A DNA stretch of 64,000 nucleotides, taken from Berkelbacteria bacterium GW2011_GWE1_39_12. GTDB taxonomy: Bacteria > Patescibacteriota > UBA1384 > UBA12157. A model generated the notes under the pieces. The model was not told the DNA's origin. It worked only from the letters and a program-made list of their open reading frames with translations, and did not search any database. Below, in pieces: positions 8,138 through 15,850 of this stretch. The DNA is taken from positions 76,087-140,086 of the forward strand of contig CP011213.1 in the NCBI GenBank assembly GCA_001029735.1, read 5' to 3'. How positions within the stretch are numbered: the stretch's first letter is position 1; every line of letters starts with the position of its first letter. A program made the position numbers and the translations under genes.

Positions 8138-8767
8138 TTATTGAGCGACTTGTGCCGCTTCTTCTCTTGCCCGACGAGGCGCTTCCTCATCGATAACCCA
8201 GATGCCGTCCTGCTGGACGAACACTAGATCGATCCACCTGGATGGTGGGGCAGGATTGCCGTGATCGGGTTGGAGAATCATGTTGCCTTCAATCGATCCG
8301 TCAGGCTCAGGATTGAGCCAAGTACATCGAACGAAGAACGACTCTGCCCGTTTGATCGCGCGAAGCACCATCTTGAACTCTCCGGGCGTTAGAAGGCCAG
8401 GTTTGTCTTCAGACGAAGTACCCTCGACGAACTCGAGTTTATATCTGTCTTTACCTGACTTGACGAACAGACAGAACCACTCACCGTCCTCGAGCATCTT
8501 AACCAGAGTCTCGCTGGTGATGTACGTGCTGCGCATGATCTGACGCCCACTGTCAACGCCGTTTTCACGGGTGACTGTCGGAAGATTCATTGCAGCGGCT
8601 TCCCGCAGATGCAATTCCTTCATTGCTTCTGCCGGCCTATCCTCGATTCCTTTGAAATCTGACGGCTCGAGGGCAAGGCCTGCCGGGTTGAAAGGGTCGA
8701 AGAACGAAATCTTCTTCAGCGGAGGGTATGGAATTCTAGTGTTACCGATTTCCTGACTCATTTTCAA
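8138..8767 (-). CDS. Hypothetical protein (209 aa) in a GC-rich patch. No recognisable domain.
   Basis: Clean 630-nt ORF at roughly 52% GC, against about 36% in the flanks. Own terminator. Adjacent to tRNA-Thr(TGT). Confidence 0.6.
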   Translation of the reverse strand: MKMSQEIGNTRIPYPPLKKISFFDPFNPAGLALEPSDFKGIEDRPAEAMKELHLREAAAMNLPTVTRENGVDSGRQIMRSTYITSETLVKMLEDGEWFCLFVKSGKDRYKLEFVEGTSSEDKPGLLTPGEFKMVLRAIKRAESFFVRCTWLNPEPDGSIEGNMILQPDHGNPAPPSRWIDLVFVQQDGIWVIDEEAPRRAREEAAQVAQ

Positions 8768-8970
8768 AACCTCCTAAAAGGTACAAATGTCCTCAAGATT
8801 GAGAACTAGGTTACTATACCACAAAATAGCCCATTTGTCAAGGGTATAACAGGTTAGGGATAATAATTAACAGATAAAGATAAAACTAGATTCCGGATCA
8901 GGTTTGCAGCCTGTCCGGAATGACAAAAATGTGTGATATTTGATAAAATAATCGGAAATGCATTTTTGGC

Positions 8971-9045
8971 TGGAGCCGGCGAGAGGGTTCGAACCCCCGA
9001 CCTGCTGTTTACAAAACAGCTGCTCTACCACTGAGCTACGCCGGC
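8971..9045 (-). tRNA. tRNA-Thr (anticodon TGT).
   Basis: GCCGGCG acceptor, anticodon loop TTTGTAA, TTCGAAC T-loop, encoded CCA. Confidence 0.9.
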
Positions 9046-9061
9046 TTAAGTCAAAAACGCA

Positions 9062-9559
9062 CTATTTCTTCTTGCTTTCTTTTTCTTGTAAATCTTTCGC
9101 TTTTTGTAAAAATTCTTGATATTTCTTATTGCCAGGATCTAAGACTAAAGCCTGATCAAAGGCTTGGGAAGCTTTAAAATAATCTTTCAATCCCAAATAA
9201 GCTAAGCCTAAGTTTACACTGTGTGAAGCTTTTTTTTCTTCAAGCTTGACTGTTTGACGGAAAGCTTCTTTTGCATCATAAAAATTATTTTGTTCTAAAT
9301 AAATTATACCTAAACGGTTGAAAATATGAACATCTTGAGGTGAATTGGCTGCCGCTTTAACATATAATTCCTCCGCTTCAATAAAAGACTTGCGATCGAA
9401 TGCATCGTCGGCCTGAGCTAACAAGCCATAAACAGTCATTTCTTTTTCAGAAAGCTCCGGATTTTCTTTCTTTTGCATTTCAAAAGCTAACGGAAGTTTC
9501 CTAATTAAAATAACTAAAGCTAAAATAATTGCGCCGATGACAACAGCATTCCAGATCAT
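9062..9559 (-). CDS. TPR-repeat protein with an N-terminal membrane anchor.
   Basis: N-terminal TM helix, then about 3 TPR-like repeats (W/LG/Y...A...F...A...P pattern). Confidence 0.6.
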   Translation of the reverse strand: MIWNAVVIGAIILALVILIRKLPLAFEMQKKENPELSEKEMTVYGLLAQADDAFDRKSFIEAEELYVKAAANSPQDVHIFNRLGIIYLEQNNFYDAKEAFRQTVKLEEKKASHSVNLGLAYLGLKDYFKASQAFDQALVLDPGNKKYQEFLQKAKDLQEKESKKK

Positions 9560-9578
9560 TTTACTCCTCTGAAAATTT

Positions 9579-10337
9579 TCATACTGTCACCTCAATTCTT
9601 TTACCATCTTTGGTTTCGAGCGTTAATCTTCCTTCTAAAACATTCTGGCTCAAAACTTTACCTTCGCCATCCTTTGATTTAAAGAAGCTTCCAACTTTTG
9701 GTAATTTCGCTTTTTCGTCTTTATAAAGATTTGCTTCATAAGAAAGACAACACATTAATTTACCACAGCAGCCGGCTAATTTAGGTGATTTTACCGAACC
9801 GGCGTCCTGAACCTCAGCCATATCTAGCGTAACATTATCTAAGTTATTTAAGAAACTAGCGCAGCAAAGCTGCCTGCCGCATTTACCAAATCCGCCAAAT
9901 AATTTCGTCTCTTCCCTTGGCCCAACTTGCTGCAAGCGAATTAACTTATTAAAGTCACCAACCATGTCGGCAACTAAGGCACGGAAATCTATGCGGCCAT
10001 CCGCTGAAAAATATAATGTTAACTTCTTTTGATCGAACGATAAATCTGCATCCAAAATCTTCATGTCTAAACCATGACGAAAAACTTTACTCCTCGCTTT
10101 CTCTAAAAATGACACTGCTTGAGTTTTTAACTGTTTTTTAGTGGCTTTATCTTGATCGGTAAATTCTCTTATTACATTGATCGTTTTTTGTTCTTGCACT
10201 AATTTGGAACAATCTATCTCGCACAAAACAATCGCCGGCTCCATAATGCCGTCGGCTTCGATTACTAACTCTTGACCAATTTTATAGTCCCCTGCCACAT
10301 TTCCAAGTTGGCCAGTTGTTGGAATTTTAATTCTCAT
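9579..10337 (-). CDS. PSP1 C-terminal domain protein (YaaT/RicT-like).
   Basis: GGFGKCGRQLCC and AGCCGKLMCC cysteine motifs typical of PSP1/YaaT. Classic neighbour of holB. Confidence 0.75.
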   Translation of the reverse strand: MRIKIPTTGQLGNVAGDYKIGQELVIEADGIMEPAIVLCEIDCSKLVQEQKTINVIREFTDQDKATKKQLKTQAVSFLEKARSKVFRHGLDMKILDADLSFDQKKLTLYFSADGRIDFRALVADMVGDFNKLIRLQQVGPREETKLFGGFGKCGRQLCCASFLNNLDNVTLDMAEVQDAGSVKSPKLAGCCGKLMCCLSYEANLYKDEKAKLPKVGSFFKSKDGEGKVLSQNVLEGRLTLETKDGKRIEVTV

Positions 10338-10389
10338 ATTTTCCCTAAAAATTCAGCACAAGCTTGCTTGACTACATGAATATTTTTTG

Positions 10390-11019
10390 CTAAAAACTTA
10401 ATGTAAGACTTTCTAATACTAATTTTACAGAAATATTCGTCTGAAGTAAATCCTTTGCATGGTTCAGACGGCCTAAAATGACTAAAACATCCTCGCCGCT
10501 GTGCATCCTCTCGCGGTAAAATTCTTGCCAAAGTAAGATAATCTTCTCTGTTTCATCGGTTTCCGCTACCTTGGCAGCCCATTGAAATTTCTTAGCCACG
10601 GTCATTTTTTTTAATGCATCAGGGTCTAAATAATTTTCCGTCTTTTCAAAATTACTTTTAAAACCTAACCTTATTTTGCTGCATCTCGAGCTGATTGTCG
10701 GAATTATTTTTTGCTCATTAAGTGTCGTTAAAATAATTGTTGCATATGACGGCGGTTCTTCCAACGTTTTCAAAAGCGCGTTTGCCGATTGAGTGTTTAA
10801 ATTCTCTATTCTTGAGACAACGGCCAATTTTCTTTCACTGTTAAACGGTTTTAAATTAATAAAATGCAACAGTTCTTTTATATGCGCGATTGAGTAATCG
10901 TCAGAAATTTCAAAAAAATCTTGGTCGGAAACTTTAAAATTTGCTTTTAAAACTTCCGACTCTACCTCTCCGATAATTATAATAGACTGAGACGTAAGGT
11001 TTATGTTCATATTTTGCAT
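10390..11019 (-). CDS. holB: DNA polymerase III delta-prime subunit (short form).
   Basis: QSANALLKTLEEPP motif. 209 aa. Confidence 0.75.
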   Translation of the reverse strand: MQNMNINLTSQSIIIIGEVESEVLKANFKVSDQDFFEISDDYSIAHIKELLHFINLKPFNSERKLAVVSRIENLNTQSANALLKTLEEPPSYATIILTTLNEQKIIPTISSRCSKIRLGFKSNFEKTENYLDPDALKKMTVAKKFQWAAKVAETDETEKIILLWQEFYRERMHSGEDVLVILGRLNHAKDLLQTNISVKLVLESLTLSF

Positions 11020-11134
11020 ACTTTCAAGCTAACATTTTATGGATACTTTGACAAAGTTTTTCAATACGCCTAGAATGGAGTCGAGCAGGTCGATGCTTAT
11101 TAGTTTAAAACGGAATTTAAGGAATTATTTAAAA

Positions 11135-11431
11135 ATGGATTTTCAAGACAAAACACTCACCTGTAAAGATTGCGGAAAAGATTTCGCATGGTCTGCCGGT
11201 GAGCAAAAATTTTATGCTGACAAAGGTCTTCAGAACTCTCCAAGCCGTTGCCCTGATTGCCGCAAACAAATGAAAGACAAGAAAGTTAATCGCGAAATGT
11301 TTGCGATTACCTGCAAAGAATGTGGCAAACAAGGTGAAGTGCCTTTCGAACCAAGAGACCCTAACGATGTTTTGTGCGCAGATTGCTTTTCCAAGCGAAA
11401 AGACGAACAGAGCACAGAACCAACCGCTTAA
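11135..11431 (+). CDS. Zinc-ribbon protein with two CxxC...CxxC repeats (zf-trcl-like).
   Basis: CKDCGKDFAWSAGEQKFYADKGLQNSPSRCPDCRK and CKECGKQGEVPFEPRDPNDVLCADCF. The most likely start is the ATG at 11135 (AAGGA RBS). The ORF track extends it to 11039. Confidence 0.55.
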   Translation: MDFQDKTLTCKDCGKDFAWSAGEQKFYADKGLQNSPSRCPDCRKQMKDKKVNREMFAITCKECGKQGEVPFEPRDPNDVLCADCFSKRKDEQSTEPTA

Positions 11432-11448
11432 ACTTTTGTTCTAAAAAG

Positions 11449-11484
11449 CAACAAAACAGAGCCTAAATGGCTCCTGTTTTGTTT
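11449..11484. terminator. Bidirectional rho-independent terminator between the zinc-ribbon gene (+) and rpmB (-).
   Basis: 12-bp stem AACAAAACAGAGCC-taaat-GGCTCCTGTTTTGTT flanked by A/T runs. Confidence 0.7.
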
Positions 11485-11496
11485 ATATTTCAGAAC

Positions 11497-11688
11497 TTAA
11501 GCGACTGAATACTTATTTATAGTACGAAGGCATTTTGTACAGATAATCATGCCTCTAGTTTTTTGAATATTAGGACGAATAAAACGTCTGGTTTTATGCT
11601 GCGAATGAGGCACATTGTTACCAGTCGTTACAGTTTTGCCACAAAGGTAGCAAACGCTATTTAATTTTTCATCTAAAATGGTTTTCAT
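11497..11688 (-). CDS. rpmB: 50S ribosomal protein L28.
   Basis: CYLCGKTVTTGNNVPHSQHKTRRFIRPNIQ matches the L28 signature. Confidence 0.85.
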   Translation of the reverse strand: MKTILDEKLNSVCYLCGKTVTTGNNVPHSQHKTRRFIRPNIQKTRGMIICTKCLRTINKYSVA

Positions 11689-11846
11689 AATTTCCTTCCG
11701 TGAAATTTCAGCGATAAACTTTGTTTACCTATAGTTTTTCTTCAGAAATAAAAATATTGCTATATACAATCTCGTAAGATATACTGATCGTAGTTCAGCT
11801 TTTCTTAACTTAATAAAGTATATCAAATAACTGAGAATAAATCAAT

Positions 11847-12470
11847 ATGTTGCTTTTTTCCCTATTTAATTCGCCAATAACATTCTTTTTTGTCGCCATC
11901 ACTATTTTGATTGGTTTTACGGTTCATGAATTTACACATGCTTTTGTTGCGGACAGTTTAGGCGACGATACCCCAAGAAGAATGGGACGGCTTACTTTAA
12001 ATCCGATTGCCCATTTGGACCTATTTGGCACTATTTTCCTTCTTTTAGCGGGGTTTGGCTGGGGAAAACCTGTCATGGTGAATCCACAAAACTTTGCTAA
12101 TCCTAAAATTGACAATTTGACCGTATCACTCGCCGGACCAGTCAGCAACTTGGCGCTAGCGACAATTTTTGGCTTAATTTATAGATTTGCCAATTTGCCC
12201 GATTTAGCGAATTCTTTTTTGATTATCTTTGTCTTCTATAACTTAGTTTTAATGATTTTTAACTTTCTTCCTATTCCCCCGCTTGACGGATCAAAGATAC
12301 TCAGTATTTTTTTACCTGAAGATATTTATAATTTTTTTGAGCAATATGGAACTTATATATTACTCGCCGTTATCTTGCTTTCGCCTATGATCCCGATTAT
12401 TCCTTTTATAATGAATAAAGTGGTTGGTTTTTTCTTTACTCTCATTACCGGACAGTCAGCCATTGTTTAA
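11847..12470 (+). CDS. Peptidase M50 (site-2 protease family) membrane metalloprotease.
   Basis: HEFTH (HExxH) in a TM helix. LDGS motif downstream. Polytopic. Confidence 0.7.
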   Translation: MLLFSLFNSPITFFFVAITILIGFTVHEFTHAFVADSLGDDTPRRMGRLTLNPIAHLDLFGTIFLLLAGFGWGKPVMVNPQNFANPKIDNLTVSLAGPVSNLALATIFGLIYRFANLPDLANSFLIIFVFYNLVLMIFNFLPIPPLDGSKILSIFLPEDIYNFFEQYGTYILLAVILLSPMIPIIPFIMNKVVGFFFTLITGQSAIV

Positions 12471-12659
12471 ATTACTTTTATTTTAAATTCTCCTCCTTTT
12501 TTGATATAATGAATGTGGCGCTACTTGTCGCCGATAATTGGCTTAACATTATATACAACGGGAATCTGCGTCTTCGGCTGCCTTGGTAGTCGAAGCAAGA
12601 CACCCAAATTGGTTTCTTAAAGACCAATTAAGGTTGGCAAGTAGAGCCATTTATAAATG

Positions 12660-12707
12660 TGCGGGGTGCGTGAGGCCAGCAGTTCGAATCTGATATCCCC
12701 GACCAAT
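12660..12707 (+). other. tRNA 3'-half-like minihelix (T-arm + acceptor + discriminator A + CCA) with no 5' half. Candidate att-site remnant or ncRNA 3' end.
   Basis: ...AGCAG-TTCGAAT-CTGAT-ATCCCCG-A-CCA with a complementary CGGGG 5' strand at 12662-12666. No D-arm or anticodon arm could be built. Confidence 0.35.
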
Positions 12708-12792
12708 TACAACTTAATATTCTACTACAAAACTCAAAGGCTTATCGATCTCAAAAAAAAGTGCCTTCTATGTCCTCTCTTATAATAACGTA

Positions 12793-12821
12793 TTGACAGG
12801 TTATTCTATTTCTGGTAGAAT
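12793..12821 (+). promoter_or_regulatory. Near-consensus sigma70 promoter for the NfeD-flotillin operon, flanked by ACGTATTGA / ACGTATCAA direct repeats (possible operator).
   Basis: TTGACA-N17-TAGAAT. The two 9-mer repeats bracket the -35 element and the +1 region. Confidence 0.55.
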
Positions 12822-12881
12822 CTCAACGTATCAATTTGGCCTAACAAGGCCCTACTTTAACAACTAAAGGAGGTGAACAAA

Positions 12882-13583
12882 ATGCATGCGGCAGAACTGT
12901 TAATCTGGTACAATCTACTGTTTGTTATTTCGATTGTCACTGCGTTTCTTATCTTGTTGATCACGGCCGTAACTGGCATTGGCCACGAGATGGGCGGCGC
13001 GGAGGCAGATTTAGATGCAGACGTAGGTATGGACGCAGATACAGATGCTGGCATCGATGCTGACGCCGATGCAGGAGCTGATCACAGCTTTTTGCACGAA
13101 ACCGGCGCTCATGATCATGACGGCAGTCTACTGAAGGCCTTGACCTTGTTTGGCGTCGGAAAGGTTCCAATCTCTGTGATTGTAACCTTAGTCCTCTTCC
13201 TTTTTGGAATGCTGGGACTTTCGTCTAACTTGGTTTTTGAAAAGATGGGATTGCCACCGGTTGCTTACTTCTGGTTTTCTTTGTCAGCGGCGGCAATACT
13301 GTCGTTGATTCTTACCGGTCGTCTGGCTAACTTAGTGGCAAGATTCATGCCTTCACTAGAGACCACTAAGATAACGCCTTACGACTTGGTTGGCAGGGCA
13401 GGGACGGCAGAATACACGATCAGCACCAATGGAGGACGAGTAATTGTCAGAGACAGTCATCTTAACCTTCATGTGGTAGACGCCAGAACAATCGAAGGCC
13501 AGATTCAATCAGGCGAAGAGATTGTGGTTGTCGAGTACGAAAAAGAAGAGTCTCGTTACGTTGTGTCAAAGCTTGACCTATAA
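12882..13583 (+). CDS. NfeD-like (YqiJ/YuaF family) membrane protein with an Asp/Ala-rich acidic repeat and a C-terminal OB-fold.
   Basis: AAGGAGG RBS 8 nt before the ATG at 12882. EADLDADVGMDADTDAGIDADADAGADHS low-complexity segment. TM helices, then a C-terminal ~70-aa beta-rich NfeD-type domain. It sits directly upstream of a flotillin gene, the canonical arrangement. Confidence 0.65.
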   Translation: MHAAELLIWYNLLFVISIVTAFLILLITAVTGIGHEMGGAEADLDADVGMDADTDAGIDADADAGADHSFLHETGAHDHDGSLLKALTLFGVGKVPISVIVTLVLFLFGMLGLSSNLVFEKMGLPPVAYFWFSLSAAAILSLILTGRLANLVARFMPSLETTKITPYDLVGRAGTAEYTISTNGGRVIVRDSHLNLHVVDARTIEGQIQSGEEIVVVEYEKEESRYVVSKLDL

Positions 13584-13633
13584 CCTAGGCAAGGCAGTAC
13601 CGAAAGAAAAAACAAAAAACAGGAGGAACGTAC

Positions 13634-15535
13634 GTGGGAATCGGAGTAGTGATGCTATTAATTGGCATGGTCATGATTTTCGGACCATGGTTTGCGCCCG
13701 TAGAAGTACCGACAGGCGCTCGTCTGGTGTTTTCAGTCCTCGGCGGAATCTTATTCGCCGTCGGCAGCTTGGTGGTCATTATTACCAAGCTGTATGTCAA
13801 AGCGTCGGCAGAAAAAGCCTATGTGAGAACCGGTATGGGCAAAGCTAAAGTCATCATGGACGGCGGCTCGCTCGTTATTCCGGTTGTACATACACTGATC
13901 TGGGTGCCGCTTCGTACCTTCAAACTTGAAGTCATGCGCCAAGCGAATGATGCGCTGATTACTGGCGATAAGCTGCGAGCTGACATCAAGGCTGAATTCT
14001 ATATAAAGGTTCAGGCTAATGATGAAGATATCACGCAAGCAGCCCGATCATTAGGCGAAAGATCTGTCGACGAGCATAATCTTACCGGTATGATGATGGA
14101 AAAGCTGGTTTCTGCCATCCGGTCAGTTGCGGCAAAGTCAACTCTTGAGGAACTCAATAGTGACAAAGCGACTTTCGCTCAGAGCGTCGCTACTGCAGTT
14201 TCTTCAGACCTCAAACACAACGGTTTCACACTGGAGACAGTAACAATTTCCAGTCTGGACCAAACGCCGATCAACTTCCTCAAAGAAGATAACGTCTTCG
14301 ATGCGGAAGGACGCAAGCGAATCGCCGACATCACTAGTCAGGCTAAAGTCGCTGAAAACCAGTTCAGACGTACTGCCGAACAGCAAATTGCTGAGCAGGA
14401 CACTTTAACTCGTACAAAAGTGGCTGAGCAAGAGTATCTGCAGAATAAGGCCGACGCCGAACGCGACGCCAATATCAAGAAGACACAGGCCGAGCAACTT
14501 CGGGAGGCCGAGGTATACTCTGCCCAGCAGACGCAGCAGACGAAAGAAGCACAGATTCTTGCTGAGCAGAACGTCGGTCTGAAGGAAGCTGAAAAGGTTC
14601 GCGAGGTTCAGTTGGCGCAAATCGGCGCCGACCAAGCAGCCAAAACTGCCAGCGTCGAGCTGGAGAAAACGGTCGAAGTGGCCAATCGCAGGAAGCAGAT
14701 TGCTATTGCCGCGGCCGAAAAAGAGCGAGCGGACGCTGAAGCGCTGAAGTTGACAGCAGAGCAAGCGCGAGAGAAAGAGAACCAAGGCGTCATTACTGTT
14801 CAAGAAGTAGCAACTGCTGAACGCGATAAGCAAGTCAAGGTTATCGCGGCAATGCAGGACGCCGAGGTTCAGAAAACAGACCGGAATATGCAGGCAGACA
14901 TTGCCGCATACCAGGTCGAAAAGCAAGCCGACGCAGAGCGGAACGCTGCGACTAAGAATGCAGAAGCCATCAGAGTCGAAGCTGAAGCTCGCAAAGATGC
15001 GAAAGTCATGGAAGCCACTGGAGAACAAGCAGTCATGATGGTTCCCGTCAACGTCTCTGCAGAGCAAGTAGCAGTTGACGCGAAGCGTCAGAACGAGGTC
15101 GAAAAGGCCCGCGTTGACGTTTTGCAGCAGGAATTGTCCGCTAAGAGTGAGCACGAGAAGGTCTCCATCGAACTGGAAACAACTCTGGCCACGCTCCGCG
15201 TCCTTGAAGCTATTGGCGTCGAAGGAGCCAAAGCATATGGAGCGAGCATGTCTTCGGCTCACATCCAGGTTTTCGGCGATACCGAAACCTTGGGTAAGAT
15301 CAACAAGAGTTTCTATGGCGGTCTTGGTGCCATGAAACTTCTCGAGGGTGTAATCGCCGGTGACGGCGAGTCTCCGGTCGGCCAGATCGGCGACATGCTT
15401 GGTGGACTGATTAGGAGAGTCAAAGCAGGTGACACTGCTGGACTTATCGAGAAAGTTCAGGAGCTTGCTGCTGAAAACCCCGAATTGGTCCAGGCGCTCA
15501 TCTCTAAAGAGAGTGCCGAGCCCAAGATTGAGTAA
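13634..15535 (+). CDS. Flotillin-like SPFH/Band-7 protein (YqiK/FloT-like) with a long EA/KQ-rich coiled coil.
   Basis: N-terminal TM, SPFH core (VIMDGGSLVIPVVHTLIWVPLRTFKLEVMRQANDALITGDKL...), then about 350 aa of Glu/Ala/Gln/Lys-rich coiled coil. About 50% GC. Confidence 0.75.
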   Translation: MGIGVVMLLIGMVMIFGPWFAPVEVPTGARLVFSVLGGILFAVGSLVVIITKLYVKASAEKAYVRTGMGKAKVIMDGGSLVIPVVHTLIWVPLRTFKLEVMRQANDALITGDKLRADIKAEFYIKVQANDEDITQAARSLGERSVDEHNLTGMMMEKLVSAIRSVAAKSTLEELNSDKATFAQSVATAVSSDLKHNGFTLETVTISSLDQTPINFLKEDNVFDAEGRKRIADITSQAKVAENQFRRTAEQQIAEQDTLTRTKVAEQEYLQNKADAERDANIKKTQAEQLREAEVYSAQQTQQTKEAQILAEQNVGLKEAEKVREVQLAQIGADQAAKTASVELEKTVEVANRRKQIAIAAAEKERADAEALKLTAEQAREKENQGVITVQEVATAERDKQVKVIAAMQDAEVQKTDRNMQADIAAYQVEKQADAERNAATKNAEAIRVEAEARKDAKVMEATGEQAVMMVPVNVSAEQVAVDAKRQNEVEKARVDVLQQELSAKSEHEKVSIELETTLATLRVLEAIGVEGAKAYGASMSSAHIQVFGDTETLGKINKSFYGGLGAMKLLEGVIAGDGESPVGQIGDMLGGLIRRVKAGDTAGLIEKVQELAAENPELVQALISKESAEPKIE

Positions 15536-15569
15536 CTAACTGCTCGACGTAAGTTGAGCAACGACAAAA

Positions 15570-15603
15570 CGGCGTACTATATAATATGTGTACGCCTTTT
15601 TAA
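15570..15603 (+). terminator. Rho-independent terminator after the flotillin gene.
   Basis: GGCGTAC-N12-GTACGCC + TTTTT. Confidence 0.65.
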
Positions 15604-15850
15604 TACCTAAAAAACCAGGCTCCTTTCCGAGCTGGATAATAACAATATAAATTATAATTGATCAAAAATTAAAAATATCACTCACTTTTCAGACAACTTT
15701 TTTCAGATGATCGAAAATAAAGTTCCTCCGCTCTGGAAGTTTAGAGCAATTTTTGATACATTAAATTAAGAAGAATTTATTGAACATTTTATTCAAAAAA
15801 AAGTTCACACTTCGTTCAGTAAGTTCGAAAAGGATTTAGGATGTTTAATA

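Noticed and set aside
10334-10531. 65-aa minus-strand ORF overlapping the 3' end of holB
   Set aside because: It is out of frame relative to a conserved gene. No RBS. Likely spurious.
12493-12707. tmRNA (ssrA)
   Set aside because: The 3' end looks tRNA-like with CCA. But there is no GGGG-type 5' acceptor strand at a plausible distance. No tag-peptide reading frame ending in a stop before a pseudoknot region could be found. The total length available (about 210 nt) is too short. It is reported instead as a tRNA 3'-fragment or unknown ncRNA.
14405-15262. 285-aa minus-strand ORF, and several 60-90-aa ORFs, inside the flotillin gene
   Set aside because: They are antisense to a gene with clear SPFH homology. 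Such shadow ORFs are produced by the repetitive GAA/GCA-rich coiled-coil coding region.
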